Below are positions 7,553 through 16,290 of a stretch of 32,000 nt of DNA, in pieces (position 1 is the stretch's first letter; the number at the start of each line of letters is the position of its first letter). Made by a program: the position numbers and the translations under genes. The stretch covers positions 185 to 32,184 of the forward strand of contig JAIQZR010000192.1 of NCBI GenBank assembly GCA_021777035.1. The letters run 5' to 3'. The DNA is from Candidatus Scalindua sp. (GTDB taxonomy: Bacteria; Planctomycetota; Brocadiia; Brocadiales; Scalinduaceae). The notes under the pieces were generated by a model. The model was not told where the DNA came from and searched no databases. It saw only the letters and a program-made list of their open reading frames with translations.

Positions 7553-8578
7553 ATGCGTGTAGCAATGTATTACAATAATAGTGACATTAGAGTTGAAGAG
7601 ATGCCAACACCGCAGATTGGTCGGGGTGAGATATTACTAAAATCGCTGGCCTGTGGTATCTGTGGCAGCGATGTGATGGAATGGTATCGTATCCACAAAG
7701 CACCACTTGTACTTGGCCATGAAGCGACCGGTGAGATTGTTGAAGTCGGAGATGGTGTTACACGATTCAAAACAGGGGATAGGGTTTTTGTATCACACCA
7801 TGTTCCCTGCAATACATGTCATTATTGTTTAAATGGCCACCACACGGTATGCGACTCCCTACGTAGTACTAATTTTGATCCCGGTGGCTTTGCAGAGTAT
7901 GTACGAGTGCCGGAAATTAATGTAGACAGAGGAGTCTTTGTACTTCCAGATAATATGTCACTGGAAGATGGCACATTTATTGAACCATTGGCCTGTGTGG
8001 TTCGAGGACAAAGAGTAGCACGTATTGAACCCGGCCAAACTGTAGTTATTATCGGCAGTGGTATGTCAGGGCTACTTCACATACTGCTTGCTCGATCACT
8101 CGGAGCCGGAAAAATAATTGCTACAGACATAAGTGAATATCGTATGGAGATGGCGAAAAAGTTTGGAGCTGATTCCGTTATTTCCGCTCATGATGACCTG
8201 CCCTCACACCTGCTCAAATTGAACAGTAACAGGCTTGCCGATCGTGTGATAGTAACAGCCGGAGCAGACTCTGCCTTAGATACCGCTATAAAATCTGTAG
8301 ACCGCGGTGGTACTATCCTGTTCTTTGCACCTGGCGGCCCGGATACCCATCTTTCCGTACCGTTTAATGATTTTTGGAAAAATTGTTTTACTTTATTGCC
8401 AACATATGGTGCCAGCCCTCTTGACATAGAAGTGGCAATTGAGTTGATTAGTTCTCAGCGCGTTCCAGTACAAGAGATGATTACCCATCGTTTAGGTTTG
8501 GCAGAAACCGAACGAGGATTTGAGTTGGTTACTGAAGCCAAAGAGTCTATAAAAGTAGTTATCGAGCCACACAAATAA
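7553..8578 (+). CDS. Zinc-dependent medium-chain alcohol/polyol dehydrogenase (threonine/sorbitol dehydrogenase-like)
   Basis: Catalytic Zn ligands in CGICGSD and GHEATGEIVEVG. Structural Zn cluster CNTCHYCLNGHHTVC. Rossmann motif IIGSGMSG. Confidence 0.8.
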   Translation: MRVAMYYNNSDIRVEEMPTPQIGRGEILLKSLACGICGSDVMEWYRIHKAPLVLGHEATGEIVEVGDGVTRFKTGDRVFVSHHVPCNTCHYCLNGHHTVCDSLRSTNFDPGGFAEYVRVPEINVDRGVFVLPDNMSLEDGTFIEPLACVVRGQRVARIEPGQTVVIIGSGMSGLLHILLARSLGAGKIIATDISEYRMEMAKKFGADSVISAHDDLPSHLLKLNSNRLADRVIVTAGADSALDTAIKSVDRGGTILFFAPGGPDTHLSVPFNDFWKNCFTLLPTYGASPLDIEVAIELISSQRVPVQEMITHRLGLAETERGFELVTEAKESIKVVIEPHK

Positions 8579-8628
8579 GCATCTTCTAAAAAAAATAAAA
8601 CCTCAAAAGTTTCATTCCGTTAAAACCC

Positions 8629-9453
8629 ATGAAACCCGCTCGTTTAATCGCTGACAAGATAAAGGACAACCTACACACAAATGTAATAGGCCGCGAAGTA
8701 ATTACACTTGAACGTGCCGCTTCGGCAATGGACATTGCAAAAGAGATGCTCAAGGAAGGTGCTGCAGAAGGAACAACAATTTTCGTTGAAGAGCAAACTC
8801 GAGGAAGAGGACGGTCAGGGAGAGAGTGGTACTGCAAGGATGGAAAAGGGTTGTTGCTGACGGTTGTCTTAAAACCAGTAATTCAACCTAAAAAATCGTA
8901 TCTTTTAATGGTTTTTACTGCTGTTGCAATCGTAAAAACGATCAGGGATATGTTCAAATTACCAGTGGAAATCGACTGGCCTAATGACCTTGTAATTAAT
9001 AATAAGAAATTAGGCGGTATAATTGTAGAAACACAAAATAATACCGGACAATCAAAAGACTACATTGTAGGCATTGGTATTAATGTCAATTTAAAAAAGC
9101 ATGAGCTTCCGGGTCACATAGATCAGCCGATAACATCTCTTGCCATTGAAAAAGAAACATTTGTAGACCGTGCCAATTTTGCAAGAGCATTGCTGCAGAA
9201 TCTAGATTCATGGTACTTAATCCTAAAAGATGAACGCCACGAACATATTGTGGAGAAGTGGCAAGAATTCTGCGTGAACATTGGAAGAATGGTCAACGTA
9301 CGTAATGCTAAAAAAGAATTTACGGGAATTTTTCTAGGAATTTCTAATAACGGAGAATTGATACTACAACTCGATAATGGACGCAAAAGAAATTTCAAAG
9401 TTGAACACACTATTATGAATCACCATACATCATCCACTTTTGTATCCTCGTAG
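8629..9453 (+). CDS. birA: Biotin--[acetyl-CoA-carboxylase] ligase (group I, no N-terminal HTH)
   Basis: BPL signature EEQTRGRGRSGREW (GRGRxGRxW), followed by KWPNDL-like IDWPNDLVINNKKLGGII. Confidence 0.8.
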   Translation: MKPARLIADKIKDNLHTNVIGREVITLERAASAMDIAKEMLKEGAAEGTTIFVEEQTRGRGRSGREWYCKDGKGLLLTVVLKPVIQPKKSYLLMVFTAVAIVKTIRDMFKLPVEIDWPNDLVINNKKLGGIIVETQNNTGQSKDYIVGIGINVNLKKHELPGHIDQPITSLAIEKETFVDRANFARALLQNLDSWYLILKDERHEHIVEKWQEFCVNIGRMVNVRNAKKEFTGIFLGISNNGELILQLDNGRKRNFKVEHTIMNHHTSSTFVSS

Positions 9454-9989
9454 TTAATTAGACCCGCATTAAGTTGTTTTTCCACAATTTCCAGCTTTGT
9501 TTCCAATCTATCGATTTGTTTTGTCAAATCTTTATAGACTATGAAACCAAGAATCAGCAATAAAACTGTGTAAACAATTACAAATGTAGTTGCGGGGCTC
9601 TCTTTGTGTGTTGTTTCATGAGGTTTTGCATGATAATCATACGTATCTTTACCCAAAACAACCTTCCGATTTGCCTCTGTTACGTCACCGATCCCAAAAG
9701 CGTCTTCATCCTGTTTATCACTAGATTCTATTACGCTACCAAGCTCCCGGATCTTGTTCCCCTGTAGACTAAGCGTCTCTGATACATCAATAGGTTCGTA
9801 CGCTTTTTCTTCCTGTTTTTCTTCGTACTTTGTACCTGTCTCTTTGTTATCACTTACTGGGTCAAGCGGTTTTTCTGTCTGCACTTCCTGACTATCTATA
9901 TCACCCTTCAGGTTTGCGGTATCTTCTTTTTTGTCATTTTCCTTCAACCACTTAAAAGGATCAGTCCCAAGCACACTTTTCTTTTGCAT
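9420..9989 (-). CDS. Hypothetical acidic, single-pass membrane protein with C-terminal coiled coil; candidate ParA partner
   Basis: The N-terminus is MQKKSVLGTDPFKWL. A long D/E/K-rich segment follows, then one TM helix (TTFVIVYTVLLLILGFIVY) and KQIDRLETKLEIVEKQL. The ATG at 9989 is preceded by AAGGAAAG. It lies directly downstream of the ParA-like gene. Confidence 0.55.
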   Translation of the reverse strand: MQKKSVLGTDPFKWLKENDKKEDTANLKGDIDSQEVQTEKPLDPVSDNKETGTKYEEKQEEKAYEPIDVSETLSLQGNKIRELGSVIESSDKQDEDAFGIGDVTEANRKVVLGKDTYDYHAKPHETTHKESPATTFVIVYTVLLLILGFIVYKDLTKQIDRLETKLEIVEKQLNAGLINYEDTKVDDVW

Positions 9990-10130
9990 AAAGCTTTCCT
10001 TCAGTAACAAACGTCACCAAAATTATACAATTTACAAACTAACAAATACGGCTGGTACAACTCAAGAGTTGTTATTAATATCGCAAGGAACACACGCCTT
10101 TCAATATTAATAATTTATGTGTCCCCCACT

Positions 10131-10898
10131 TTAAATACTTTTCTCTTGAGCAATTATCTCTTTAGTTAGTGCCACATAATCCTGAGCGCCATTAGACTCT
10201 GGAGCGTATACCGTAATTGGCATACCATGGCTTGTTGATTCTGAAAGTTTAATATTTTTTCTTATACAAGTGACAAACACCTTGTCTTCAAAATATTCTT
10301 TAATCTTGTCAAGCACCGCCTGCCCCAACTTTGTCCTGCTATCATACATACAAGCTATTATTCCGGTAATCTCTAACGAACTGTTCAGCCTTTTCTTGAT
10401 AATATCAAAAGTTTGCAACAACTTGCTTACGCCCTGTAACGCAAAGAACTCAGTTTGCACAGGAATGAAAATTTCGTTAGCGACAGTAAGTGCATTCAGG
10501 GTTAGAAGCCCTAGAGAAGGTGGGCAATCGATTAAAACGTAATCATACACATTTAACATCTCACCAAGATAGAACTTAACTATCGTTTCACGCCCCACAG
10601 TGTTAACAAGCTCCACCTCCGCACTTGCAAGATCAATATCAGAAGGAATAAGATCCAGACCACTTATGGCCGTTTTGATTAATACCTCAGAAACGTTCTT
10701 CTTACCGCACATTATCTGATAAATTGATAAATCTTTCCCCTGAGCGTTAACACCGTAATGGATACTTAAATTAGCTTGAGGATCGAGATCTATCAGTAGC
10801 ACCTTTTTACCAAGTGCAGCGAGACATGCTCCAACGTTTGCAGTAGATGTCGTTTTCCCAACCCCGCCTTTTTGATTTATAAACGCAATGCTACGCAA
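10131..10898 (-). CDS. ParA/Soj/MinD-family P-loop ATPase (orphan; no ParB adjacent)
   Basis: Deviant Walker A INQKGGVGKTT, Walker A' LLIDLDPQANLS and Walker B VLIDCPPSLG. TTG start after AGAGGG. Confidence 0.85.
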   Translation of the reverse strand: MRSIAFINQKGGVGKTTSTANVGACLAALGKKVLLIDLDPQANLSIHYGVNAQGKDLSIYQIMCGKKNVSEVLIKTAISGLDLIPSDIDLASAEVELVNTVGRETIVKFYLGEMLNVYDYVLIDCPPSLGLLTLNALTVANEIFIPVQTEFFALQGVSKLLQTFDIIKKRLNSSLEITGIIACMYDSRTKLGQAVLDKIKEYFEDKVFVTCIRKNIKLSESTSHGMPITVYAPESNGAQDYVALTKEIIAQEKSI

Positions 10899-11247
10899 CT
10901 TGACCCTCTTTGATATACGTTTTTTGTGGAATACACAATAGGCTAATAGCGGAAAGTTTATCCATACTAAATATTGTTGTCAAGGATATTTATATAAAAT
11001 GCCCGTTATAATTATTATAAAAATCCTATAGCTTTACATACTTGTGCATACATTGTCAGTCATGCACAATGTCGTTTCAGCACTCTTTTCGCGGACTTAT
11101 TAATCGAAAAAGCATACATTATCAACACTTTCTGCTCTTGACTCTTATTATATTCCGTTTGGAAGGAATATCTATTATTACCAATGCTAATCATCCACAC
11201 AAAAACACAACGCAAATTGTCCTAAGATTGTTGTTGTAAGATTGTTA

Positions 11248-11276
11248 TTGACATATCGATAGAAGTCTGTTATTTT
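11248..11276 (+). promoter_or_regulatory. Candidate promoter for the ACP-led operon
   Basis: TTGACA (11248-11253), 17 nt, TATTTT (11271-11276). A 10-nt direct repeat TAAGATTGTT (11223-11232 and 11237-11246) lies immediately upstream. This would give a leader of about 160 nt. Confidence 0.3.
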
Positions 11277-11442
11277 CCCTATTTCATTAATTTTCTTTTT
11301 GTCATAATCAAATTTCATCAATATATTATATAGGCCAGCAGTTTTAAAAAACAACTCCATATTGCCAATTTACTTATTTTAATTTGGTTGGCATTTTGAG
11401 TACAGTTTAGAGTTCTGGTTGTTTATTAAGGGAGGTAAGATA

Positions 11443-11697
11443 TTGTCTGTAGAAAACTTAGAGAAAGACATCACTGCAATTGTCGCTGAAGTAACCGAAC
11501 TGGAAGAAAATGAAATATGGGAGAAAAGGGATGCCGACTTTTTTAAGGATTTGGAAATTGATTCCTTACTAGCACTAGAAATCCTGGCCCTTATAGAAAA
11601 GAAATTTAAAGTTCAAATTCCGGAAGAAAAACTCGTAGACATTACATCGTTGAATGCAACAATCGAGATGACAAGATCTACACTTGAAGGAAAATAG
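11443..11697 (+). CDS. Acyl carrier protein (cluster-specific ACP paralogue)
   Basis: Phosphopantetheine attachment motif DLEIDSLLALEIL (DSL). Length is about 84 aa from the TTG at 11443, which lies 7 nt after GGAGG (11431-11435). The ORF-track start at 11419 adds 8 aa. Confidence 0.85.
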   Translation: MSVENLEKDITAIVAEVTELEENEIWEKRDADFFKDLEIDSLLALEILALIEKKFKVQIPEEKLVDITSLNATIEMTRSTLEGK

Positions 11698-11797
11698 AAA
11701 AAAGCACGTAACGTTTCTTAGTCATCTACGTGTCTATCCACAAACGATAATAGTGGTCATGCAGTGACTATCTAAATAGAACGAAAGGTTATTATAA

Positions 11798-12247
11798 ATG
11801 TTGAATTTTGAGGAAGTAAGAGAGTTGGTTCCTCAAAAATACCCATTCTTATTTATTGATAAAGTTGTTGAACTTCAAAAAGAAAGCAAAATTGTTTGTT
11901 TAAAAAATATAACGGCTAATGAGTCTTTCTTTACTGGACACTTCCCTGATTTTGCCATAATGCCTGGAGTTCTGATCGTAGAAGCCCTGGCGCAAGCCTC
12001 GATTATCCTCTTCAAAAAGAGCTTCGATACTGAGCAGTACAAAGATAAGATCTTTTTGTTGGCATCTGCTAACGTTCGGTTTTCAAAACCTGTTTTTCCT
12101 GGCGACCAGCTTTTTCTGGAAATTGAAATAGAAAAAGTAATTTCCAGTGCGGCAATAGTTAAGGGTGTGGCCAAAGTGGGAGACAAAGTTGTAACAAAGG
12201 CAACTTTGAGTTTTGGAGTTGCAAATAAAGATACATTAACGGGTTGA
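11798..12247 (+). CDS. fabZ: 3-hydroxyacyl-ACP dehydratase, FabZ family
   Basis: Hot-dog dehydratase signature FFTGHFPDFAIMPGVLIVEALAQ, with the catalytic His and Glu present. Confidence 0.9.
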   Translation: MLNFEEVRELVPQKYPFLFIDKVVELQKESKIVCLKNITANESFFTGHFPDFAIMPGVLIVEALAQASIILFKKSFDTEQYKDKIFLLASANVRFSKPVFPGDQLFLEIEIEKVISSAAIVKGVAKVGDKVVTKATLSFGVANKDTLTG

Positions 12248-12276
12248 AAATATGAATCTTCACAAAGTAAAGAACC

Positions 12277-13497
12277 ATGGATAAAAGAATTGTAATTACC
12301 GGTATGGGTGTAATTTCTCCCATAGGAAACGATAAAGATGCATTTTGGGATGCATTGATTTCCGGCACGTCCGGTGTTTCAGATGTCACATCATTTGACA
12401 CCTCGCCTTTCAAAGTACATAGAGGCTGTTTCGTTAAAGATTTCAATTATGATAATTATAAAAATAATGGTTCAAGTCGTGAAATTGGCAAAGGCTCACA
12501 ATTTGCGGTTGCAGCGGCAAAGCTGGCTATCGAAGACTCTAATATTGGTTTAAAGAATATTGATCCGGAAAGAGCTGGTGTTTCAATTGGAACAACTGCA
12601 GGAGAAATTCAGATTCTGGAAAAAGTGAACTATGTAAGACATGAAAAGGGAGAGGATAGTGTTGACCCTAGCTTGTTCCCTATGCATCCTTGCGTTAATA
12701 TGCCATCTAACATATCTATTGAATTTGGCTTTAAGGGACCAAGCACAATAATACCTACCGCATGTGCGGCTGGAAACTATGCAATCGGCTACGCATGTGA
12801 TTTGATAAAACTAGGAAGAGCCGATATAATGCTAGCCGGTGGATCAGATCCATTTTCTAAAGTAGCGTTTGTCGGTTTTAGTAGGTTAAATGCCATCGCG
12901 CCAGACATTTGTCAACCTTTTGACAAAAACAGAAAAGGCCTGTTAGTTGGCGAAGGCGCAGGAATGTTGGTATTAGAATCCCTCGAAGGTGCACTGGCCA
13001 GAAACGCAAATATTTATGCAGAAATCCTGGGTTACGGCTTGAGTTGTGATGGTTATCACATTACAATCCCGCACCCGGAAGGCAATGGCGTCACTTCTGC
13101 TATGAAAAAAGCCTTGAAAGATGCCAAAATTAGACCAGAAGATGTTCAGTATATGAGTGCGCATGGCACAGGAACAGTTGCCAACGACAAGGCCGAAACC
13201 ATATCGATAAAGAAGATCTTTGGCGAACATGCAAAAAATCTGGCCATAAGCTCTATAAAATCGATGCTTGGTCATACAATGGGAGCTGCCAGCGCCATTG
13301 AAGCAATTGCATGTGCTTTAGCTATAAAAGAAGGTGTTGTGCCGCCAACAATAAACTACGAAACAAAAGACCCTGAGTGCGATTTGGATTTTGTTCCAAA
13401 CGTTAAACGCGAAATGCAAGTCGATATTGCCATGAATAACGCATATGCTTTTGGTGGTAACAATAGTAGTCTCATACTCAAAAAGTTTACTGGTTAA
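12277..13497 (+). CDS. fabF: Beta-ketoacyl-ACP synthase II (FabF-type), catalytic triad intact
   Basis: Active-site Cys in PTACAAGN, and the two His in SAHGTGT and [12 protein letters not shown]. The C-terminus is the typical [14 protein letters not shown]. Confidence 0.9.
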   Translation: MDKRIVITGMGVISPIGNDKDAFWDALISGTSGVSDVTSFDTSPFKVHRGCFVKDFNYDNYKNNGSSREIGKGSQFAVAAAKLAIEDSNIGLKNIDPERAGVSIGTTAGEIQILEKVNYVRHEKGEDSVDPSLFPMHPCVNMPSNISIEFGFKGPSTIIPTACAAGNYAIGYACDLIKLGRADIMLAGGSDPFSKVAFVGFSRLNAIAPDICQPFDKNRKGLLVGEGAGMLVLESLEGALARNANIYAEILGYGLSCDGYHITIPHPEGNGVTSAMKKALKDAKIRPEDVQYMSAHGTGTVANDKAETISIKKIFGEHAKNLAISSIKSMLGHTMGAASAIEAIACALAIKEGVVPPTINYETKDPECDLDFVPNVKREMQVDIAMNNAYAFGGNNSSLILKKFTG

Positions 13498-13589
13498 GAA
13501 TTCAAAACTAAGATAGTGTTAATTTTCATACCGATATTAGAATTGTTCGGTTTAAAAAAGATTTTAAGTAAAAGAGGTTGGCAATTTAT

Positions 13590-14825
13590 ATGAATGGTCG
13601 TTTGGTCATAACAGGAATAAGCGTCTTATCGTCAATCGGAGAAAACCAGGATGAGTTCTGGACTAATTTGATCAATGGTGTTTCCGGGATAAAAGATATC
13701 ACGCTATTTGACGTCTCAAAATACAAAAGTAAAAAAGCTGGTGAAATATCAGATTTTGATGCTAAAGCATACTTAGGCAAAAAGGGGATTCGTCATATAG
13801 ACAGGACATCGCTATTGGTATCTTCGGCGGCAAAACTTGCCATGGACGATGCTAATATCACCCACGAAACTTACAGTGCCGATGAACTGGGAATAGTAAT
13901 CGGATCAACGTATGGCAGTATTGACAGTATCGGTTCATTCGATCTGGAGGGATTAAAGGAAGGTCCAACTTTCGTAAATCCCATGGATTTTCCAAACACT
14001 GTCCTTAATGCACCAGCAAGTAGGGTATCTATTTTCTGTAATGCTACCGGTTTAAATTCTACAATTTCTACAGGAACTGCCAGTGGATTGGATGCTATCA
14101 TTTATGCCTCTGATTTTTTAAGACTAGGCAGAGGAAAAGCCGTATTAGCCGGTGGAGTCCATGGTTTAACTCCGGACATTTTCTGGGGAGCTTACAGATC
14201 AGGAGTATTGTCGGCCAGCAGTAACGGTGGTATAGAAATATCCTCTCCATTTGATAAAAGACGCAACGGTTTCATAATTGGAGAGGCGTCGGCGTTACTG
14301 GTAATAGAAAGACTTGATGACGCACGGGAAAGAAATGCTAAGATCTATGCCGAGATAAAGGGATACGGAAGCACATTTAACCCTGACAAGATTTCTCATG
14401 ACAACATTGATACCACTCAAGGCGTAAGATGCATATCTACAGCAATGAAAGACGCCGGGATTAATTCTGACGAAGTTTCTTACATATCCGCATGCGCTAA
14501 TTCCAGTGTGACCGGAGACAAAATGGAAGCTAAAATTATTAGAGACTATTTTGGTGATAACGCTGATAATGTCCCTGTAAGTGCTATAAAATCAATGACA
14601 GGAGAATGCCTGGACGCATCAGGGTCACTACAGAGCGTTGCTGGTGTATTGGCAATTAATAATAGTATTATCCCTCCAACAATTAACTATCAGGAAAAAG
14701 ATGAAGAGTGTAATCTGGATTGTGTTCCAAACAATAGCAGAAAATCTGAAGTTAAAAATGTACTTATCAACTCCTTTTCCGATACAGGCAACATTTCTTC
14801 CTTAATCATCTCAAAATATTCATAA
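13590..14825 (+). CDS. Ketosynthase-like protein lacking the Cys-His-His triad (chain-length-factor-like partner)
   Basis: Aligns with the upstream KS along its whole length. PTACAAGN becomes STGTASGL (Cys to Thr). SAHGTGT becomes SACANSS (His to Cys). KSMLGHTMG becomes KSMTGECLD (His to Glu). I prefer the ATG at 13590; the ORF-track TTG is at 13578. Confidence 0.85.
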   Translation: MNGRLVITGISVLSSIGENQDEFWTNLINGVSGIKDITLFDVSKYKSKKAGEISDFDAKAYLGKKGIRHIDRTSLLVSSAAKLAMDDANITHETYSADELGIVIGSTYGSIDSIGSFDLEGLKEGPTFVNPMDFPNTVLNAPASRVSIFCNATGLNSTISTGTASGLDAIIYASDFLRLGRGKAVLAGGVHGLTPDIFWGAYRSGVLSASSNGGIEISSPFDKRRNGFIIGEASALLVIERLDDARERNAKIYAEIKGYGSTFNPDKISHDNIDTTQGVRCISTAMKDAGINSDEVSYISACANSSVTGDKMEAKIIRDYFGDNADNVPVSAIKSMTGECLDASGSLQSVAGVLAINNSIIPPTINYQEKDEECNLDCVPNNSRKSEVKNVLINSFSDTGNISSLIISKYS

Positions 14826-14844
14826 CTTCATAGCGACAGTTTCC

Positions 14845-16278
14845 ATGAGTAATTTCTCCCTGAACAAATCTGAAATAAAATCTAAGTATGACGTAATTGT
14901 ACTGGGAGCTGGGATTGCCGGACTAATCTGCGGAACTTTCCTGGCAAAACAGGGAAAGAAAGTTCTAATTATTGAACAACATAGTATTCCCGGAGGTTAT
15001 TGTACTTCTTTTAAGAGAAAAGGTTTTATCTTTGATGCCGCTGTCCATCATATTGGTGGGTGTGGAAAATGGAGCGTAGTTGGTAGGTGCCTTAAAGAAC
15101 TCGATATAAATATTAATTTTCTACGGCTTGATCCTATGGACAGCATCCATTTTCCTTCATTTTCAGTGGAAATACCTGCTGATATTGACGATTATGTAGA
15201 TCTGTTGAAGGAACGGTTTCCATCAGAAAGTAAAAAAATATCACTTTTCTTTAAAGAATTTATTAGACTATACAGGGCTACATTTAGCACAGATGAGCAT
15301 GAAATGCTTATCAAATACCAAGACCTTACTTATAAAGAAATGCTGGAGAACTTTTTTACTGATGAGCAGCTTAAGATGACTTTATCTGCACAGTGGGGAT
15401 ACATTGGTTCACCACCACATGAGGTTTCGGCTATTGGTATGTGCCAGATGTTAGTAAATTATCTAAAAGACGGAGCCTATTTCCCCGTCGGTGGTACCCA
15501 GAATTTTGCCGATGCAATCACTCAAAAATTTATTGACTATGGCGGCCACATTATGCTATCTTCTAGCGTTGAGACGATTTCCACAGATAGTAATATTATA
15601 AAAGGAGTTACAACGAATAAAGGGGGAGAAATTATGGCTGATACCTTTGTGTCAAATATTGATCCCAAACAAACCTTTTTGCGCTTGTTAGACAAAAATA
15701 CCGTTGATAGCTCATTTCTACACAGGATCGAGAACATGAAAGAAAGCGTTTCATTCTTTTTACTATACCTTGGCCTTGACAATAGAGTAGACTTAAAAAA
15801 GTTAAAAAGGGGTTTTTACCATACATCAAATAACTTAAGCGCTTCTGATAGTGATTGGTTTTATATTTCCGTTCCCACGGAGGTTGATTCAAGCTTGGCA
15901 CCTGATAATAAACAGATAATATCTGTTGTTGTCTCTTCAAGGGATAGTTACGACGACATAGACAATTGGGACACGTACAAAGATAAAATGAAAAAATACA
16001 CATTAAATTACCTGGAAAATTTTGTACCCGATATTCAGAATCATATTGTTGTAACTGACGCTGCCACGCCTAAAACTCTATATCGTTATACACACAACTC
16101 AAAAGGCGCAGCTTATGGCGGGGCCGTTACCGTAGACCAAACATGGTCAAATAGACTTCCACACACAACACCCTTCAAAAATCTTTTTCTAGCGGGGCAC
16201 TGGACAAATCCGGGTCCAGGAATATGTGCGGTTGTATCCTCTGGTTGGAGGGTAGCTAATATGATTTTAAATAATTAG
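14845..16278 (+). CDS. Phytoene-desaturase-like (CrtI/CrtD family) FAD-dependent oxidoreductase
   Basis: N-terminal dinucleotide fold YDVIVLGAGIAGLICGTFLAKQGKKVLIIEQHSIPGGYC. C-terminal FAD motif LFLAGHWTNPGPGICAVVSSG. Confidence 0.85.
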   Translation: MSNFSLNKSEIKSKYDVIVLGAGIAGLICGTFLAKQGKKVLIIEQHSIPGGYCTSFKRKGFIFDAAVHHIGGCGKWSVVGRCLKELDININFLRLDPMDSIHFPSFSVEIPADIDDYVDLLKERFPSESKKISLFFKEFIRLYRATFSTDEHEMLIKYQDLTYKEMLENFFTDEQLKMTLSAQWGYIGSPPHEVSAIGMCQMLVNYLKDGAYFPVGGTQNFADAITQKFIDYGGHIMLSSSVETISTDSNIIKGVTTNKGGEIMADTFVSNIDPKQTFLRLLDKNTVDSSFLHRIENMKESVSFFLLYLGLDNRVDLKKLKRGFYHTSNNLSASDSDWFYISVPTEVDSSLAPDNKQIISVVVSSRDSYDDIDNWDTYKDKMKKYTLNYLENFVPDIQNHIVVTDAATPKTLYRYTHNSKGAAYGGAVTVDQTWSNRLPHTTPFKNLFLAGHWTNPGPGICAVVSSGWRVANMILNN

Positions 16279-16290
16279 GAGGATAACAAT

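Noticed and set aside
9420-9453. A 34-nt convergent overlap of birA and the ParA-partner gene as a regulatory feature
   Set aside because: Short 3' overlaps of convergent genes are common. The non-conserved birA tail (HHTSSTFVSS) may simply run on to the first stop. Nothing further supports a function.
11042-11239. A 65-aa ORF in the ParA/ACP intergenic region
   Set aside because: It has an alternative start, no SD and a low-complexity hydrophobic/His-rich translation. It overlaps the repeat and promoter-like sequences, so it is most likely non-coding.
12159-12446. A 95-aa minus-strand ORF spanning the FabZ/KS junction
   Set aside because: It is antisense to two strongly supported genes and has no recognisable motifs.
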